Origin: Blasia pusilla
Taxonomy: Eukaryota
Assembly: GCA_050084515.1 (NCBI GenBank)
Contig: CM114271.1
Location: 6,324,001-6,388,000 of the forward strand
Direction of reading: 5' to 3'
DNA length: 64,000 nucleotides
Of this stretch, positions 50,245 through 63,903 are shown piece after piece (within the stretch, counting starts at the first letter, position 1; each line of letters starts with the position of its first letter). The translations under genes and the position numbers were made by a program. The notes under the pieces were generated by a model, which made no database searches, was not told where the DNA came from, and saw nothing but the letters and a program-made list of their open reading frames with translations.

Positions 50245-50667
50245 GGTCCGAGTCCCATGGGCATCTTTTTGTGGTCGCAAGTGAAGGGACTAACCATGCA
50301 GCATACAAAGCGACCCCAAGAAGATACCTTTCGGTTGGAGCTGTCCGCAGGTGATAGCTTTTCAACCGATTCCACGCCGGATCCACCCGAGAGCATTCAT
50401 CCAAACAGAAAGGTACAAAACAGGAACCAAAAGGACTAGTTCTTTCAAATTTGTACCGGCCCCAATGGGTTTGGAAGGGTGCGAGGACATAAATCCTTTC
50501 TTGCGCCCAAATTGGGCGTGAGAAAACCAAGGACTCCGTATGAAAATCACTGACCTAGCCACATATCACCAATGATAGCCATTTCAAAGGATTAGATACT
50601 GTCCGATGCAAATCGTCTTTCACAACGGTCATAACCGTGCCCAACGCTGGCCCATAGGACCTCGACT
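50245..50667. mobile_element. Tourist-like MITE related to the Harbinger element
   Basis: TAA TSD (50242-50244, 50668-50670). Degenerate TIRs GGTCCGAGTCCCATGGGC / GCCCATAGGACCTCGACT. Subterminal sequence shared with 39939-39975 and 46135-46215. Confidence 0.82.
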
Positions 50668-50779
50668 TAAGGCAAGCATACTACACGAATTATGATGTAA
50701 GCTCGCCAACATCTTATATCTACTTTCATAAACCGTCTTCCAAATTCATGCATCGTTTTGACCCTCACTTGACTCTAGT

Positions 50780-51280
50780 TACAACCCTACAACAATCGAC
50801 TCCAAATGCACAGCTTGCATAATGCAAGTTATTGTGCAAGTTCTTGACCCTAGGATATCGTTTTTTAACGATTAGATGTTAAGTTTTATAGCCCCTGCAA
50901 TAATCGACTCCAAGTACAAAGCCTAGGGAATGCAAATTATTTTGCACATTTTTTAACCTACGATATGAGTTTTTAACGGTCAGATATTAGTATCCATGCT
51001 AGTGTTAATTCTCCCATTAATACATAATAGAATATATAGAATCCATCCACAGTGCTAATTTATGGCCTTCTTTAGCCGTCCCCCAATTTTTTCCGTTACC
51101 ACTGCCGTGCTATTATTCTGATATGATTCGTGTTCTCCTACTCTCCAAACATACAACACGCCATGTTACCCCACTTTCATGTTACTCCGAACTAATTCGA
51201 TCCGATCTGACCTGATTCGAGTTCTCCTACTCTCCAAACATACGACACGCCATGTTACCCCATTGCCGTGTTCCCCGAAC
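50780..51280. repeat. Two adjacent imperfect tandem duplications (~115-bp and ~95-bp units)
   Basis: AATCGACTCCAA...TTTTTAACG at ~50794 and ~50902. TGATTCG.GTTCTCCTACTCTCCAAACATAC.ACACGCCATGTTACCCCA at ~51124 and ~51213. Confidence 0.75.
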
Positions 51281-53515
51281 TTCAAAGAATACATCGTATT
51301 GTGCTACTCCCTAATAGATTAGTTCTCACATGTATTGTTATAAAACTAAAAACCCTACACCAAAGCTGATTATAGTTTGTTGCGGCCCCTAATACTACTG
51401 CGTAAATTGCGCATTTAATCCTCGTTGCGACAAGTCGACTCAACGAGTAGAGGCTGGGTAGGGTATCCTCGCGGTTCAATTACCTACGTGGTAGACGGAG
51501 TACCGTATGATGGGATGTGCGTGAGTGTTCTGAATTAGGGATTTCCGAATGTTTTTTCGATCATCTCGTTGTCACCAAAAAAATGTTTATGGCCGGAGGT
51601 CGGACCTTCGGGCAATGTGCTACAATGTTTGAGACCGCATAATTCATTGACCCACGGGCGCCCAATTGAACTCTACACTTTCTTGATTTTGTGCCCTCCC
51701 GTAGCTAAATTGCTCATCTACACCACTTCTTTCTTCAGATGGAACTCGCGTTACGTTTGGCGGCGATAGTTTCATAACATCGTTCCTTCTTTTAGACTGG
51801 AACATTGGAAATTGGCTGCCACGTCAAGTCGTCCATGGAGGCAAGTAATCAATTCCCTTCTTGCCTATTGAAGCCGACATTTAGTTTTCTTGCTTATGAA
51901 ATCACATTACAGTACGTTCAAATTGTAGTTTTTCTCTTGCTGCAATTGGAAAACCATTAACGGTCGTTGCGGACGATACTGAAGGATTGATTGGTCAAGC
52001 ATATGCTTCTTAGAATTTAGTTGTTCTATTTTCTTAGCAACGCATTTTTCATTGTGGACTAGGCTCGTCAGAAATTGCCCTAGTGTTGTCAATCGATAGT
52101 GTCAATTTCCCTACATCTCAGCATACTGTTATTATTTTGAAGGATTGAACCTACAATCGTAGGAGTGAAAAAAGCCAATGGCAAGTGCAATTTGTTGTAT
52201 GTTCATTTATTTTATTTATGTTTGCACCCAAAAATGGTCTTTGATGTTGAGTAATCGTCAAGACATGCAGGGATTTTGCATATTGGGAATCATATCATTC
52301 CCGTCTTGGGAGTGTACACCCGCCACTACTTCCTCCCCATTGCGTCAGCCTATGCCATTATTGCATTTGACAGGTTGTCGAGGCTTTGTAATTGCTAGTA
52401 GTCTACCATACACTGCAATATTTTTGCTTTTCCTTCTCTATTACGGAGGGTTGGGTAAAGTGTTACAAGCGGTTGTGCCATTACAACACCTCTATTGAGA
52501 AAGAGACAGTTTCGTGATGCCATCTCTTTTGTTGCGCCAACTTTGCAATAGACCTTGTGCACACGCACTTGTGCATTGAGCACACCTTGGATTGCACGTA
52601 GAAAGTGTTCGGTTGCAATTGTAGCTTCTTTTCGATTATTTTCAATCTCCGGCTATCTTTGCTCGTAGTATTTCGCATTGGCTATATTCTCGACGGTTAT
52701 TCGGCTGCGAGCACGACTTAGGTAATATTTCCCACATTCCATTGTTTATGGCACCTCCTTCATCGTCCCAGCCGCCGATGGATAGGCAACAAAACTGAAA
52801 ATTCAGTTACAATTTAGCATGTTATTTAGAAAATTATCAGGAGTAAAGTACCTTGGTGAGGGAGTAAAGACATTAGTGAGCCCTTTTCTCTTGATTCTCG
52901 AAGTCCATATTTAGAAGCCCAATGATAAGCCACTTAACACTAATTTCATTATCTCGAGGGACCTATTTGTAGTTCTTCGTACTGATAATGAGTCCCTTGA
53001 AGTTCAATGTGGATAGCGCGACACAAAGATACGGGGTCAATCTGGTAGAAGCACGAAGTAGTAAGATATATGTTGGATTCTCAACATCCACTTCCCTGAG
53101 CACCATTAATCGGATTGGCCCTCTTTGTATGAGGAGAAGCCTAGATTGATGGCTCCGACTTACACGTCGAAGGAGTCATAGTAATATGACGTAGGTGGTC
53201 TACGGAGTAGCGTTACTAGGATTATCTAACCCTATATTGCATCAGGGTACCCCACACCCTGATGCAATATAGGGTTAGATAACCCTAGCAAAAATGTTCT
53301 ATTAATGGAAACGAAGAAAAATAGATAAAAACCCTAGTTTCCTGAGTAGTGAAATAGTCGGGAGCCGCAGCGGTAGCGTATTCTGGTATGTCAAATTATC
53401 TCCATGTTCAGGTTCCATCAAAGCTATTCCGTGAGCGCTTGGACGGACTAGGCCACTTTGTATCTCTAAGTTTTGTAAAAATTTAAGTGATCTTGTCACT
53501 TTCTGTTTTCTCACA

Positions 53516-53527
53516 TGGTATCAGAGC
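53516..53527 (+). promoter_or_regulatory. Primer-binding site complementary to tRNA-iMet
   Basis: TGGTATCAGAGC immediately after the 5' LTR. Confidence 0.92.
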
Positions 53528-53587
53528 AGTAGGTTTTCCAGTATTTTGTATCTGGCGATCTAGTGTGTTTGCACAAAATCTTGAGAG

Positions 53588-56500
53588 ATGGCTACTTCTT
53601 TGTCAGTTCGTGCTCGCCCTCCTCCATTGGGTGAAGGCAAGTTAGATGGGTCTAACTATATATTTTGGAAGTTCAAAATGAGAACTGTCCTCGAATCATT
53701 TGAGATCTGGGAGACGGCCACAGGGGTTGATTCGAATCCACAAGCTACTTTGAGTTCTGCATGTTCATCTTCATCTAAAGATATCGATTCTGTTGTATTG
53801 ATGGCATGGAAACGCAGAAACGATGATGCTCTATATACGATTGTCACGAATATAACTGATTATGTCATGACTCTCATTCAACATATAACCATTGTCGTTG
53901 AAGCGTGGAACATTATGAATAATCACTATGAAACGAGGAACGAGACTCAGATTTAAAATCTGAAGAATCAGCTTACATCCGAAAAAATTTCAGAAGGAGA
54001 AAGCACGGAGCAATTTTTGACAAGGATCAAGAATCTTCAAGACCAGATGGCGTATGTAGAAATTTCAAAGTCTAGAGAAGATTTGGCACGTCCGTGCATA
54101 AGGATTTTGCCTCCAAGTTATGACAGTTTGGTCATTGCATTGAATACTCAAGTAAGACCCACGCCGCTTACTTTTGAACGATTTAGTGCAATGTTGGTAG
54201 AAGAGGAAATGTGCTTCAAAGCAAGAGAGGGAAGTGATGCATCATTTACTACCAACGTACAAAGAGGTATAAATCAGGATTACATTTCAAATGTCAAGAA
54301 GAAATTTCCAAGGAAAGCCTTCAAATGCTTTTATTGTGGTAAGGTAGGTCATCTTATCAAAGATTGTAGAAAGATGAGTGAGGATGAGAAGAACGGTTGT
54401 TTAAGACCTAAGAAGGAGTCTGGAAATTTTGTAGGACTAGAAGAACATGAAGTAGATGCTTGAATAGCAATCAAAGATTTTTGCACGCAGGAAAAACATT
54501 CCACTAAGTTAAAGAGTAAAGATGCATGGGTGCTCGATAGTGGAGCATCTAGGCATATGACCAATCATAAGGATTGGTATAGCTCCTTACAGCCTCTACA
54601 AGAGCCCATCGTTGTTATTGTTGGAAATAATGCAAAGTGCCTTGTAGAAGGGAAAGGCAAAATTTCTTTAGTCTCACAAAAAGGAGATGAAAAGAAGTTA
54701 ACTGATATATTGTACATACCAAAGTTGAAGCAAAATTTGATTTCAGCTGTAGTATTATGTGATCGTGACCTAGAAGTTTGTTTCAAGAAAACTGGAGTAG
54801 TCATTGAGGATGCCAATATGGTGGGTGAAGGTATACGACGTGGAAATATCTATGAGTTGTATGGTTTCACGACAAGTGTAGGTACAGATCGTAGTAGCAG
54901 TAAGTTATGGCATGAAAGATTTGGTCACCTAAGCTTTCCCTTACTAAGTCAGATGCAAAAATTTGGCATGGTTGTTGATTTACCAACAATTTATGGAATG
55001 TCGGATATATGTGAAGCTTGTATGATGGGCAAGCAACACCGACAACCATTTCCACAAGAGTCAAGCAATAGAGCAAAGGCTCCTCTAGAGTTGATTCATG
55101 CTGACCTCTGAGGTAAAATAAGAATAGTGGCATTAGGTGGTTCTTCCTACTTCTTTTTAGTTATCGACGATTATAGTAGGAAGATGTGTATTTCCTTCGT
55201 GATAAGGCAAGTGCTTTTGGAAAATTTAAAGTATGGCACAAGCTGGTTGAGAATGAGACAGGAAAGAAGGTACATAAGCTTCACACCGATCGAGGAGGAG
55301 AATTCTTATCAACATAATTTAACAAATATTTGGGGGAGCATGGAATCAAGCGATAGTTAACCACGGCACATACACCACAACAAAATGGAGTTGTTGAGCG
55401 TCAAAACCATATAGTGGTGGAGATGGCAAGATGTATGATGAAAGCAAAAGATTTGACAGAAGGATTTTGGGCTGAAGCTGTTAATACTGCCGTTTACATC
55501 CTAAATAGAAGTGCTACCAAGTCAGTACATGCATGACTCCTCATCAATTATACTCAGGTAAGGTACCATCAGTCCAACATTTCAGGAATTTTGGTAGTGA
55601 GTGCTTTGTACATATTCTTGAAGCATCCAGAACCAAGCTGGAGTCCAAGAGCATCAAGTGCATCTTTATGGGATACAGTGTTGAGTCTAAAGCTTATCGC
55701 CTATGGTGTCTCAAGGCAAAAAGATGCTTATGAGTCGTGATGTGGTGTTCCAAGAACAACCTTGTCAAGTGGCAGATATCAGTGGTCCGTCCACACTATC
55801 GTCAAATAAAGAGATAACCCACTAGAGCACACCACCAATGCTTACACCAGATCATCAAAAAGAAGAATTTGGTGATGATTACAAAGAGCAGCCTGCTCTT
55901 CCACTACAGTCGTCATACCCTAACGGGATAAAGCAACTCTTGGATGGTAAGGATCCACCAGCAAGTGATGAAGTTGTTACACATCGAAGGAGATCCAAGA
56001 GACTAGAGGGGCATAATAGAGCTTCCGCACATCTCGTCAACATGGCCTTGATGATAGAGGTCTTGAAGGTGGAAGAGCCATCATGCTTGGATAAGGCCCT
56101 TGCTCATCCTCAATGGAGAGAGGCCATGCAGATGGAGATGGACGCTATTCAAAGAAATGAAACTTGGACTTTGGTTGAGAAGCCAAAGGACAGGAAGATA
56201 ATACGCACCAAGTGGGTATGCAAGACCAAGTACAAGTCGGACGGTACATTGGATAAATTCAAAGAGAGGTTTGTTGCACAAGGATGCTCACAAATTGAAG
56301 ATTTTGACTACTATGAGGCTTTTGCTCCTACTGCAAGGATGAAAACCATTCGAATTGTTCTAGCGGTCGTAGGAATAAGACATTGGCATGTATACCAATA
56401 TGATGTGAAGTTTGCCTTCCTGAACGGGAGTCTCAAGGAGGAGGTGTATGTATCTCAACCACCAGGTTTTGAGACATCCGGATCAGAAGAGAAAGTGTGT

Positions 56501-58667
56501 TTACTTCATCGAGCATTGTATGGGTTGAGGCAAGCCCAAAGGGTATGGTATCAACGAATAGATACATTCTTCTGAGAAAAGGGTCTCATCAAGAGTCTGT
56601 CCGAAGCAAATTTGTATGTGTTTTGTGAAGATGGGATGTATATCTTGATAGTCTTGTATGTGGATGATCTTATCATCACAGGAGACCATAGTAAAAAAAT
56701 AGAGGAAATGAAGGAAGTGTTGAAATCTGAGTTTGAAATGACAGGTTTAGGTCTTTTGCACTACTTTATAGGGCTGGAGATTTGGCAACAGTCAGATTCT
56801 ATTTTTCTCTCAACAAAAGTATGCTAGAGAAATCTTGAAGGCATTCGGGAGGACCGAGTGTAAGGTAGTGGTCTCGCCAATGGAGGTAGAGTTGATACTC
56901 TCGATGGAGGATGTTTCACTATTGGTAGATGAAAAGTTGTATAGATAGCTTGTAGGCAGTTTGATATTTTTTTGTAACACTAGACCGGATATTAGCTTCA
57001 CTATGGGAGTGTTCAGTAGGTTCTCAACTAAGCCTCGTGAGAACCATTCGAAGGAAGGGATGCGTGTGTGGAAGAACATCAAAGGCACTATTGAGTACGG
57101 CATCACTTATGGAGCGAGGACGGAAATGACAGGTTTTTGTGACTCGGATTAGGCAAGAGATTCAGATTCTCGAAGATCAGTTTCGGGTTATTGCTTCTTG
57201 GTAGGATCAAATATGGTGTCATGGGTGAGCAAGAAGCAACCTCCAGTAGCTCTTTCTTCTACCGAGGCATAGTACAAGGCGGCTTGTTATGCTTGTTGTG
57301 AAGCAGTATGGTTGAGATGGATATTGGAGGACATAGGAGAAGCACCAAAAAGTGCTACTATAATGAGGTGTGACAATCAGAGTTGCATTGCCATAGCATA
57401 TAATCCAGAGTTTCATGCTTGTACAAAGCACATAGAGATCCAGTATCATTTTGTTCATGAATTGATCGAGAGAGAGGTTTTGAAGTTAGTCTGGGTGTAT
57501 TACAGGTGGGTAGTGACCTGCTAGGAGGGAGGTGACCTGTGTGTACATGTCACCCATGGAGGTGCCCAAGGGGGTATACCTCGGATGAGGCTCATTTGGA
57601 GCTCATCTCCTTAGGATTGCGGACCCTTGTTGGGATCCGGGATACAACGCAACTTGCATGTATTGAGCTTGGATTCTCTATTGAACAGTGGGCTAGGAGT
57701 GATGAATAAAGAGATCACATATTTTGGGAATCCTTGTGTATACTTTCTCTTGCTGTTACACCAGTGTGTATCAAAATCATGAGAATGGCTGTTTGGATGA
57801 AGCACAGTTGATTGTAGATTTCATCAGAGCTTACAGTGCGGATTCAACTTTATATTGCGGTGGTCCAGTCGTTCATGTGTAGAGTATGTTGGCAGCGATG
57901 TGTATTCGCATGACACTATAATATTAAGCAAAAGAAAAATACTCAATAAAGAAAAAAATGACTAAGGTCCATTTAGGGTCCAAATTGGTTTGAGTGACAT
58001 ACACACATGAGAGGGAGTGGCATCTTAAACTCATAAATCCCAAATTGGCAAAATGGAGCCTCAACATGTGTGTATGTTGAGGCTGCATTTTGCCAATTTT
58101 GGGATTTATGAGTTTAAGATGCCACTCCCTCTCAGATCTATGAATCCCTCTATTTAAGAGTCCGCTCCACCCCACTTTTTTATGGTGAGGGGAAAGACAT
58201 CCATTAAGTTCTGAGGCCGCTTACTTAACTATTCTCTTAAATATTCCACGTGTCAACACCCGAAAAGAATTGAAAGGAAAATTATCATTTGAGAATATTT
58301 CTAACACCATCCTCTTTGAATTATGTACACTGGTTAGGACCCGTGAGGGAACAGTATAATGCACGGTCTACTCCACTCCACGATCTCGAAAGCCTAAACG
58401 GCCCGTTACGCTGCACGAATGCCCATGTCATACGTCATACATACTGGGTTCAAAGGACACGTAGTGATCTCTCCGGTGTCACCATGAAAATCAATCCTAT
58501 GGTAACTAATCTATATTATTATAGGAGAGTGGATTATTGATTTGCAAACTCCTCTTCGTTTCACACGTCCCCTAGACGATAACCGTGCAGACATCTTCAC
58601 GAAAGCTTTGAACGGAGATCAGCTTCACCGATATCTGAAGGATCTTGGCATAAGTCCAAGACAGTAA
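53588..58667 (+). pseudogene. copia gag-pol polyprotein, disrupted
   Basis: KLDGSNYIFWK, CFYCGKVGHLIKDC, LDSGASRHMT, LWHERFGH..CEAC, IDDYSR, KERFVAQG, YVDDL, FCDSD, KHIEIQYHF, ADIFTKAL (after a ~1.07-kb insertion). Confidence 0.93.
57492..58558. mobile_element. Unclassified insertion splitting copia RNase H
   Basis: RNase H stops after EVLKLV (~57491) and resumes at PLDDNRADIFTKAL (~58568). Contains a long palindrome and, at 58510-58555, the Helitron-family 5' motif. Confidence 0.7.
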
Positions 58668-59204
58668 TCCACATGAGAGTGGATATTGAGGGGGTGTGTT
58701 GGATTCTCAACATCTACTTTTATGAGCGTCATTAATCTGATCGGCCCCCTTTGTATGAGGAGAAGCCTAGATTGATGGTTCCGACTTAGACGTCAAAGGA
58801 GTCATAGTAATATGACGTAGGTGGTCTACGCAGTGGCGTTAGTAGGATTATGTAACCTAGCAAAATTTTCTATTAATAGAAATGAATTAAAATAGGTAAA
58901 AACCCTAGTTTGATGAAATAGTCGGGAGCCGCAGCAGTAGCGTATTCTGGTATGTCGAGTTATCTCCATGTTTAAGTTCCATCAAAGCTCTTCTATGAGC
59001 GTACGGACGGACTAGACCACTTTGTATCTCTAAGTTTTGTAAATATTTCAGTGATTTCTTCACTTTATGTTTTCTCACAATATATTGCGAGGTTTACGGT
59101 TTGTAGGTGAGGACCGAGTCATAATCAGAGATGTGAGCGATGAGAAAATAAGTCGACTCGATAATAGTGAATTATACAAAGGCCGGGCATGCACACAATG
59201 TTTT

Positions 59205-59862
59205 CCTATGCATGTACGCATGTATTATCAATCTTGCTTGTCCTTCCACTATCATGATAGGCTTTAAGAAAAGGCTTGCTGATTCTTGCTTCACTTACGA
59301 CTAGAACTTTTTAAAAGGCGTGATTTCTTATTCATATATTCAGGCCAGAGCACTTGCTAGGTTGACATTACAAATTGAAATAATGAGCATTGAGCAAGAG
59401 ATCTATGGATCAACCGCCTTATCTAATAGGCCAAGCCCATTGCTATAGGGATCCTTTAACCATAGTCAATGCTAATACATGCATGTACGCATGTACGATC
59501 AATCTTTCCTGTCCTTCCACTATCACGATAGACTTTAAGAAAAGGCTTGCTGATTCTTGCTTCACTTACAACTCAAACTTTAAGAAAAGGCCTGTTGATT
59601 CTTGCTTCACTTACGGCTGAAACTTTAAGAAAAGGCTTGCTGATTTCTTGATTTGGTTTCTTCACACACAGTTTGTGTCTTGCTCTTCTTTCTCGAGATA
59701 TCCTCGCGCTTGATTTCTTGTTCATATATTCAATCCAAAGCACTTTCTAGGTCAACACTACTAGCTAATTATTAGCATTGAGCAAGAGATCTATGGATCA
59801 ATCGCCTTATCTAATAGGCCGAGCCCATTGCCATAGGGATCCTTTAACCATAGTCAATGCCA
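59205..59862. repeat. Complex local tandem duplications
   Basis: CTTTAAGAAAAGGCTTGCTGATT occurs four times. GAGCAAGAGATCTATGGATCAA...CATAGTCAATGC occurs twice (59392, 59780). Confidence 0.85.
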
Positions 59863-61319
59863 TCCCTTTCTGGAGAACCATTTGGAACTAATGATAGTAA
59901 AATTCCAAAGATTAAATATGAATAGCAAGCGAGTACTACTCGCCTTCTCACACAAATCAAACGCTTTAAGTCTTGACCTATTTGTTCCTAAGGCTTCTTG
60001 ATCGATTCATGGAGTTTTTTGGATCAACAATCGATGTTTTTGGCATCTCTAGGCTGCAAATTGTTTCCATTGATCCAACTATGGAACTCCCTAGCCTTCG
60101 TGTGCGGACCCTTGCCTTGGATTTCAACCCCTCCTTCCGCCCAAAATCAAAACAACATGATTTGTAATGTCCCGTGAGGCACACAATTGTAGTTTGTCAC
60201 TCCATCTGCCATGAAAAATGCATTACTCTGGTCTCATAGCTTCTCCCTACAGTAGTTGCAACGACTGCTACTGCTATGGCCAAAGATGATGAGCCTCCAT
60301 AGCTATGCCTAGCACATTGCAGATGCATCCTAGGGGATGTGTTTTTAATGCTCTTGCATCTTCCCACATTGCAATGGATCCAAAAGTGTGCAGCAAAGAA
60401 GAGTCACATGATCAGCAACCTAATGTGAGCACCCATTGGTCAGGAAACCGGGGCTTTCTATACTAATGCACTCTTCATCTCTCCAAACAGGGTTTGCATT
60501 CACACATCTCCCCACAAATATGTCCACGTATTCATTGATATCTCATTTGGTTATTCGGTTGTGAAGAATGAGTTGAAAGTCGTATACTTCCAACTGAGAG
60601 ACCTTATTAATCCCCCAACTAAACTTGTCTTGCAATGGATCCAGAGTTCAAGGAGCTATCCATAGGGAAGAACGTTTGTCTGAGTCATTGCAGCTCACAC
60701 TAAAAATGTTCAATGTGGTACGTACATCCATCAAGTTTATGTATGTCTATTGGTCTCTATTTGTTTTGCAAATTCATTGTGTTCCCACACCATGTTCAAA
60801 GTATTGAAAAAATTGCCCTATGGCCATATTTATAAACAACCATTTTGCCAACTATGGTATAGTAAAACCCTATTGTTTACGTTACATGCTGTGAACTATT
60901 TCGTTTGTACAGGGCATCTAGTGTGATTCCCAAGACATGTAGTTATGATCGATACATTGCTACCTTGTGGCTAAACTACTAAATTACTAATGCTATATTG
61001 TCTATTTGTGGGTGAGGACAACATATTTCAAGTAGACTACCTATCAAGTACCTGCTCACCTTTATTTTTCTTGTTGTATTTTTTTATGGATTACGTCAAT
61101 TGCATGTCTTTTATGTCATACAATTATGTTACTAATAATGTTTTTATCCTTGTTGTGCTTACTTGTTGTATATCGCATGAGTTCTGTCTATATAGATATG
61201 TCTTTAATGTTGGTGTGACTTTGGATCAGTAGTTTAACCATATTGTTTTGGTCCAGTTGTGTAAAAACTTACACTCCTTGTAACAGATGGCTCGAACTAG
61301 AGAATCGGTTTGCCAAAGG

Positions 61320-63903
61320 AAGTCCACGTTAGGAAATCGGAGTAGACTTAGAGCATGGAGGCTACGCCCAACATTGAGATTAAGGCTTAGCGATAACATA
61401 AGAACCAATTAGTAGAATGTGACTTGATATTCACGCTGCACTACAGAGTTGGCACTAGCAATGCTCCAACTTTATAGGGAGTTGTGGTTATTGTGGGACA
61501 ATTTGCTATGGGAACACACATAATAAGATGGTCGTCGTAGAAAGTGAGACATATTCGCCTTATGCGTTGTGCAATGGTTACATGACTAAGCACATAATAC
61601 CTTCTCCTCACAAATTCTATGCATGTTCACAATGCAACAATGGTATACCCCAGACACAATATAATGTTTATATGACTCCTTCCTACACACGCGACGTGCT
61701 TAAGGTGAAGTCGTTGTATCTGCAGCTACTATCGCTCGTTGATTCTCACCTAGGGATTGAAACAAAGTTCAATGGATTTCATACAAAGGTTTTTCAAGTT
61801 GACTCCCTTCTTGATTGTCCACTTGTTGCATGGAATGTTGAGCACCCACTGTTATCTGATCCAGATTTCCTCTACCGCTAGGTAAGAAACGTTATATTGG
61901 TAAACCTGAGGCTGAACCAGTTATTCACTATGTATATATCCCTGGTTGAGTTACCCAGTCCTACACTTGGACTTGTGATTCTCCCATCGACTAGTGTAGA
62001 TGTAAATTTGAAATTATCGCAAAAGAAGGGTCAGCTTATCCATACTATGTCTGTATTGTACAAAAATTAATGTGCTATAGGGTTTTCATTACTCCTTTCC
62101 TATGAAACGTCGTAAATCTTATGATCTTTTTTGCAATGGCAGCATTTTTTTTCGGGAGCATACATAACTTAGGGAGCTATTTGTTAATGAGAGATATGGA
62201 ATTTCAACATATGCAAAACTCACAATTGAGACAATAAGTTTTCCTTTATTGTTTCCCTATTTGAGAGGGTTTTTTACTGGTCAATGTTCATTCAATGAGT
62301 ATTTGAGTAGCCGTACAAAGCAGTTGTTTAGTGTGTTTACACTATACCAGCCATATATGCTTATAATGGACTATCTTCGACAATATTTTGCCTTAACTTC
62401 TTCTAGTCATTATTTTCTTCTGAACAGAGAAATTGACCAGCTGAAAAAGAGATTTCCCCACCTTCATGACGAGGACCTTTATACACACCTATCTAGGTAT
62501 GTTGTTATTGTGCACATCCTTGGTAGTCCATCGTGGCACAGACGATATTTAAAGGATCTTAAGGAAATGGTGAAAAAGTAGGGTATGCCCGACGTGTTTC
62601 TCACCCTCACTTTTGATGAAGTATCAGATTCCAGATGGCATGAAATTGACGACATGGAAGTCATTCTCCGTAGGCTTAACCCATCTTTCACATGGAGAAA
62701 GATGGGTTATTGAGTAATAGAATATATTGACTCTAGTCCTCCACATAGAAGAACCATCATGTATAAAAATGCCAGTACGCTTTGCAAACATCCAACAATC
62801 TTATATTGCCATCAACCTGAATGCCTGTCAATTTGACGTTCTTTAAGTTATGGAGTTCTTATGAAATCCTTGCAATAGGTACAAGAAGCTAAAAGAAATT
62901 TGTGGCACATGACTCCATTGGAAACTATGTATATAAAATGGACAGACTTGTCTGATTCACTAAATATCACCCATTGCATTAGTTGAACGAATTCTTCTAC
63001 AACATACTCCTCATCCACATTACATTGAGGTTGAAAGGTGAGATTCTCTCCATAGAATCTCCTAATTGGACATATTTACATGAGTGCATTTGTCGAGATA
63101 TTTTTTCGTGATCCTTCATCCATAGTTGAGGAAATTAAAAAACATGATGTATCTAATCTATGGAGTGAAGTTCATGCGAGTGAAATTGTAACAAAAGTAA
63201 TTGACTTTATTGAACCATAGTTACTGTTTGATGTAGACCCCAATACATTTTGTATCAGCGAACCACATAGCAATGACACTACTAATATACCCCAACCACA
63301 TGGTAGCACGGCCTTACCCTTCAATATGTCGAACTCTGAACAACTATAACTTTATGAGACTATCAGTAGACTCTCAGCTGGTTTGGTAATGATAACTGGT
63401 CCACCAGGATCTGGCAAGACATTCTTTATCTATTTCATTCAAAAAAATTGGCTTGCTAATTCTGTGCCAACCATGTTGACTACAACGACAGGTATTGATG
63501 TTATAAGGCTTCATGAACAAGCTACAACAGTGCATTCTGCCTTTGCCATCCCTGTGAAAGGAGATCTACCTACAATGCACACTGCAAGTGATCACTACAT
63601 TTGCCTTTGGGATACTAAAGTAATAGTCATAGATGAATGCTCACCCCCGATTATTGCAGATAATTGCTATGAGATTACAGGAGGTTTGCCCATCCTCCAA
63701 TCTTAGTACCTTTTCAACAAAACTTGTTATACTTTTAGGTGACCTTTTTCAACTACCTCCAATTTGTTGGCATAACCTTGTTCCAATGTGCCTAGTGTGC
63801 CACATATCTTCATCCCCACTTTTCAGCTCACTGCACAAATATGAACTTTCTGCTATTATGAGACATGGTAGTGATACTCAACTACTCACATTCTTGTCGC
63901 AAA
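61320..63903 (+). pseudogene. Helitron Rep/PIF1-helicase remnants
   Basis: LFPYL..F, GSPSWHRRYLKDLKEMVKKYGMPDVFLTLT (Rep), and ITGPPGSGKT, TTTTG, TTVHSAFAIP, VIVIDECS, LLGDLFQLPP (PIF1 motifs I-III). Confidence 0.85.

Larger units (their letters stand above)
53071..59079 (+). mobile_element. Full-length Ty1/copia LTR retrotransposon (decayed)
   Basis: LTRs 53071-53515 and 58697-59079 (TG...CA), TSD ATATA on both sides, PBS TGGTATCAGAGC, PPT GAGGGGG, and order gag-PR-INT-RT-RH. Confidence 0.96.

Noticed and set aside
51760-53060. Fragmented coding-like sequence on the minus strand
   Set aside because: Could not be assigned to a family. Possibly Helitron cargo, but unsupported.
59205-59862. 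Short repeats resembling a CRISPR array
   Set aside because: Intervening sequences are themselves duplicated and irregular, the context is eukaryotic, and there are no cas genes.
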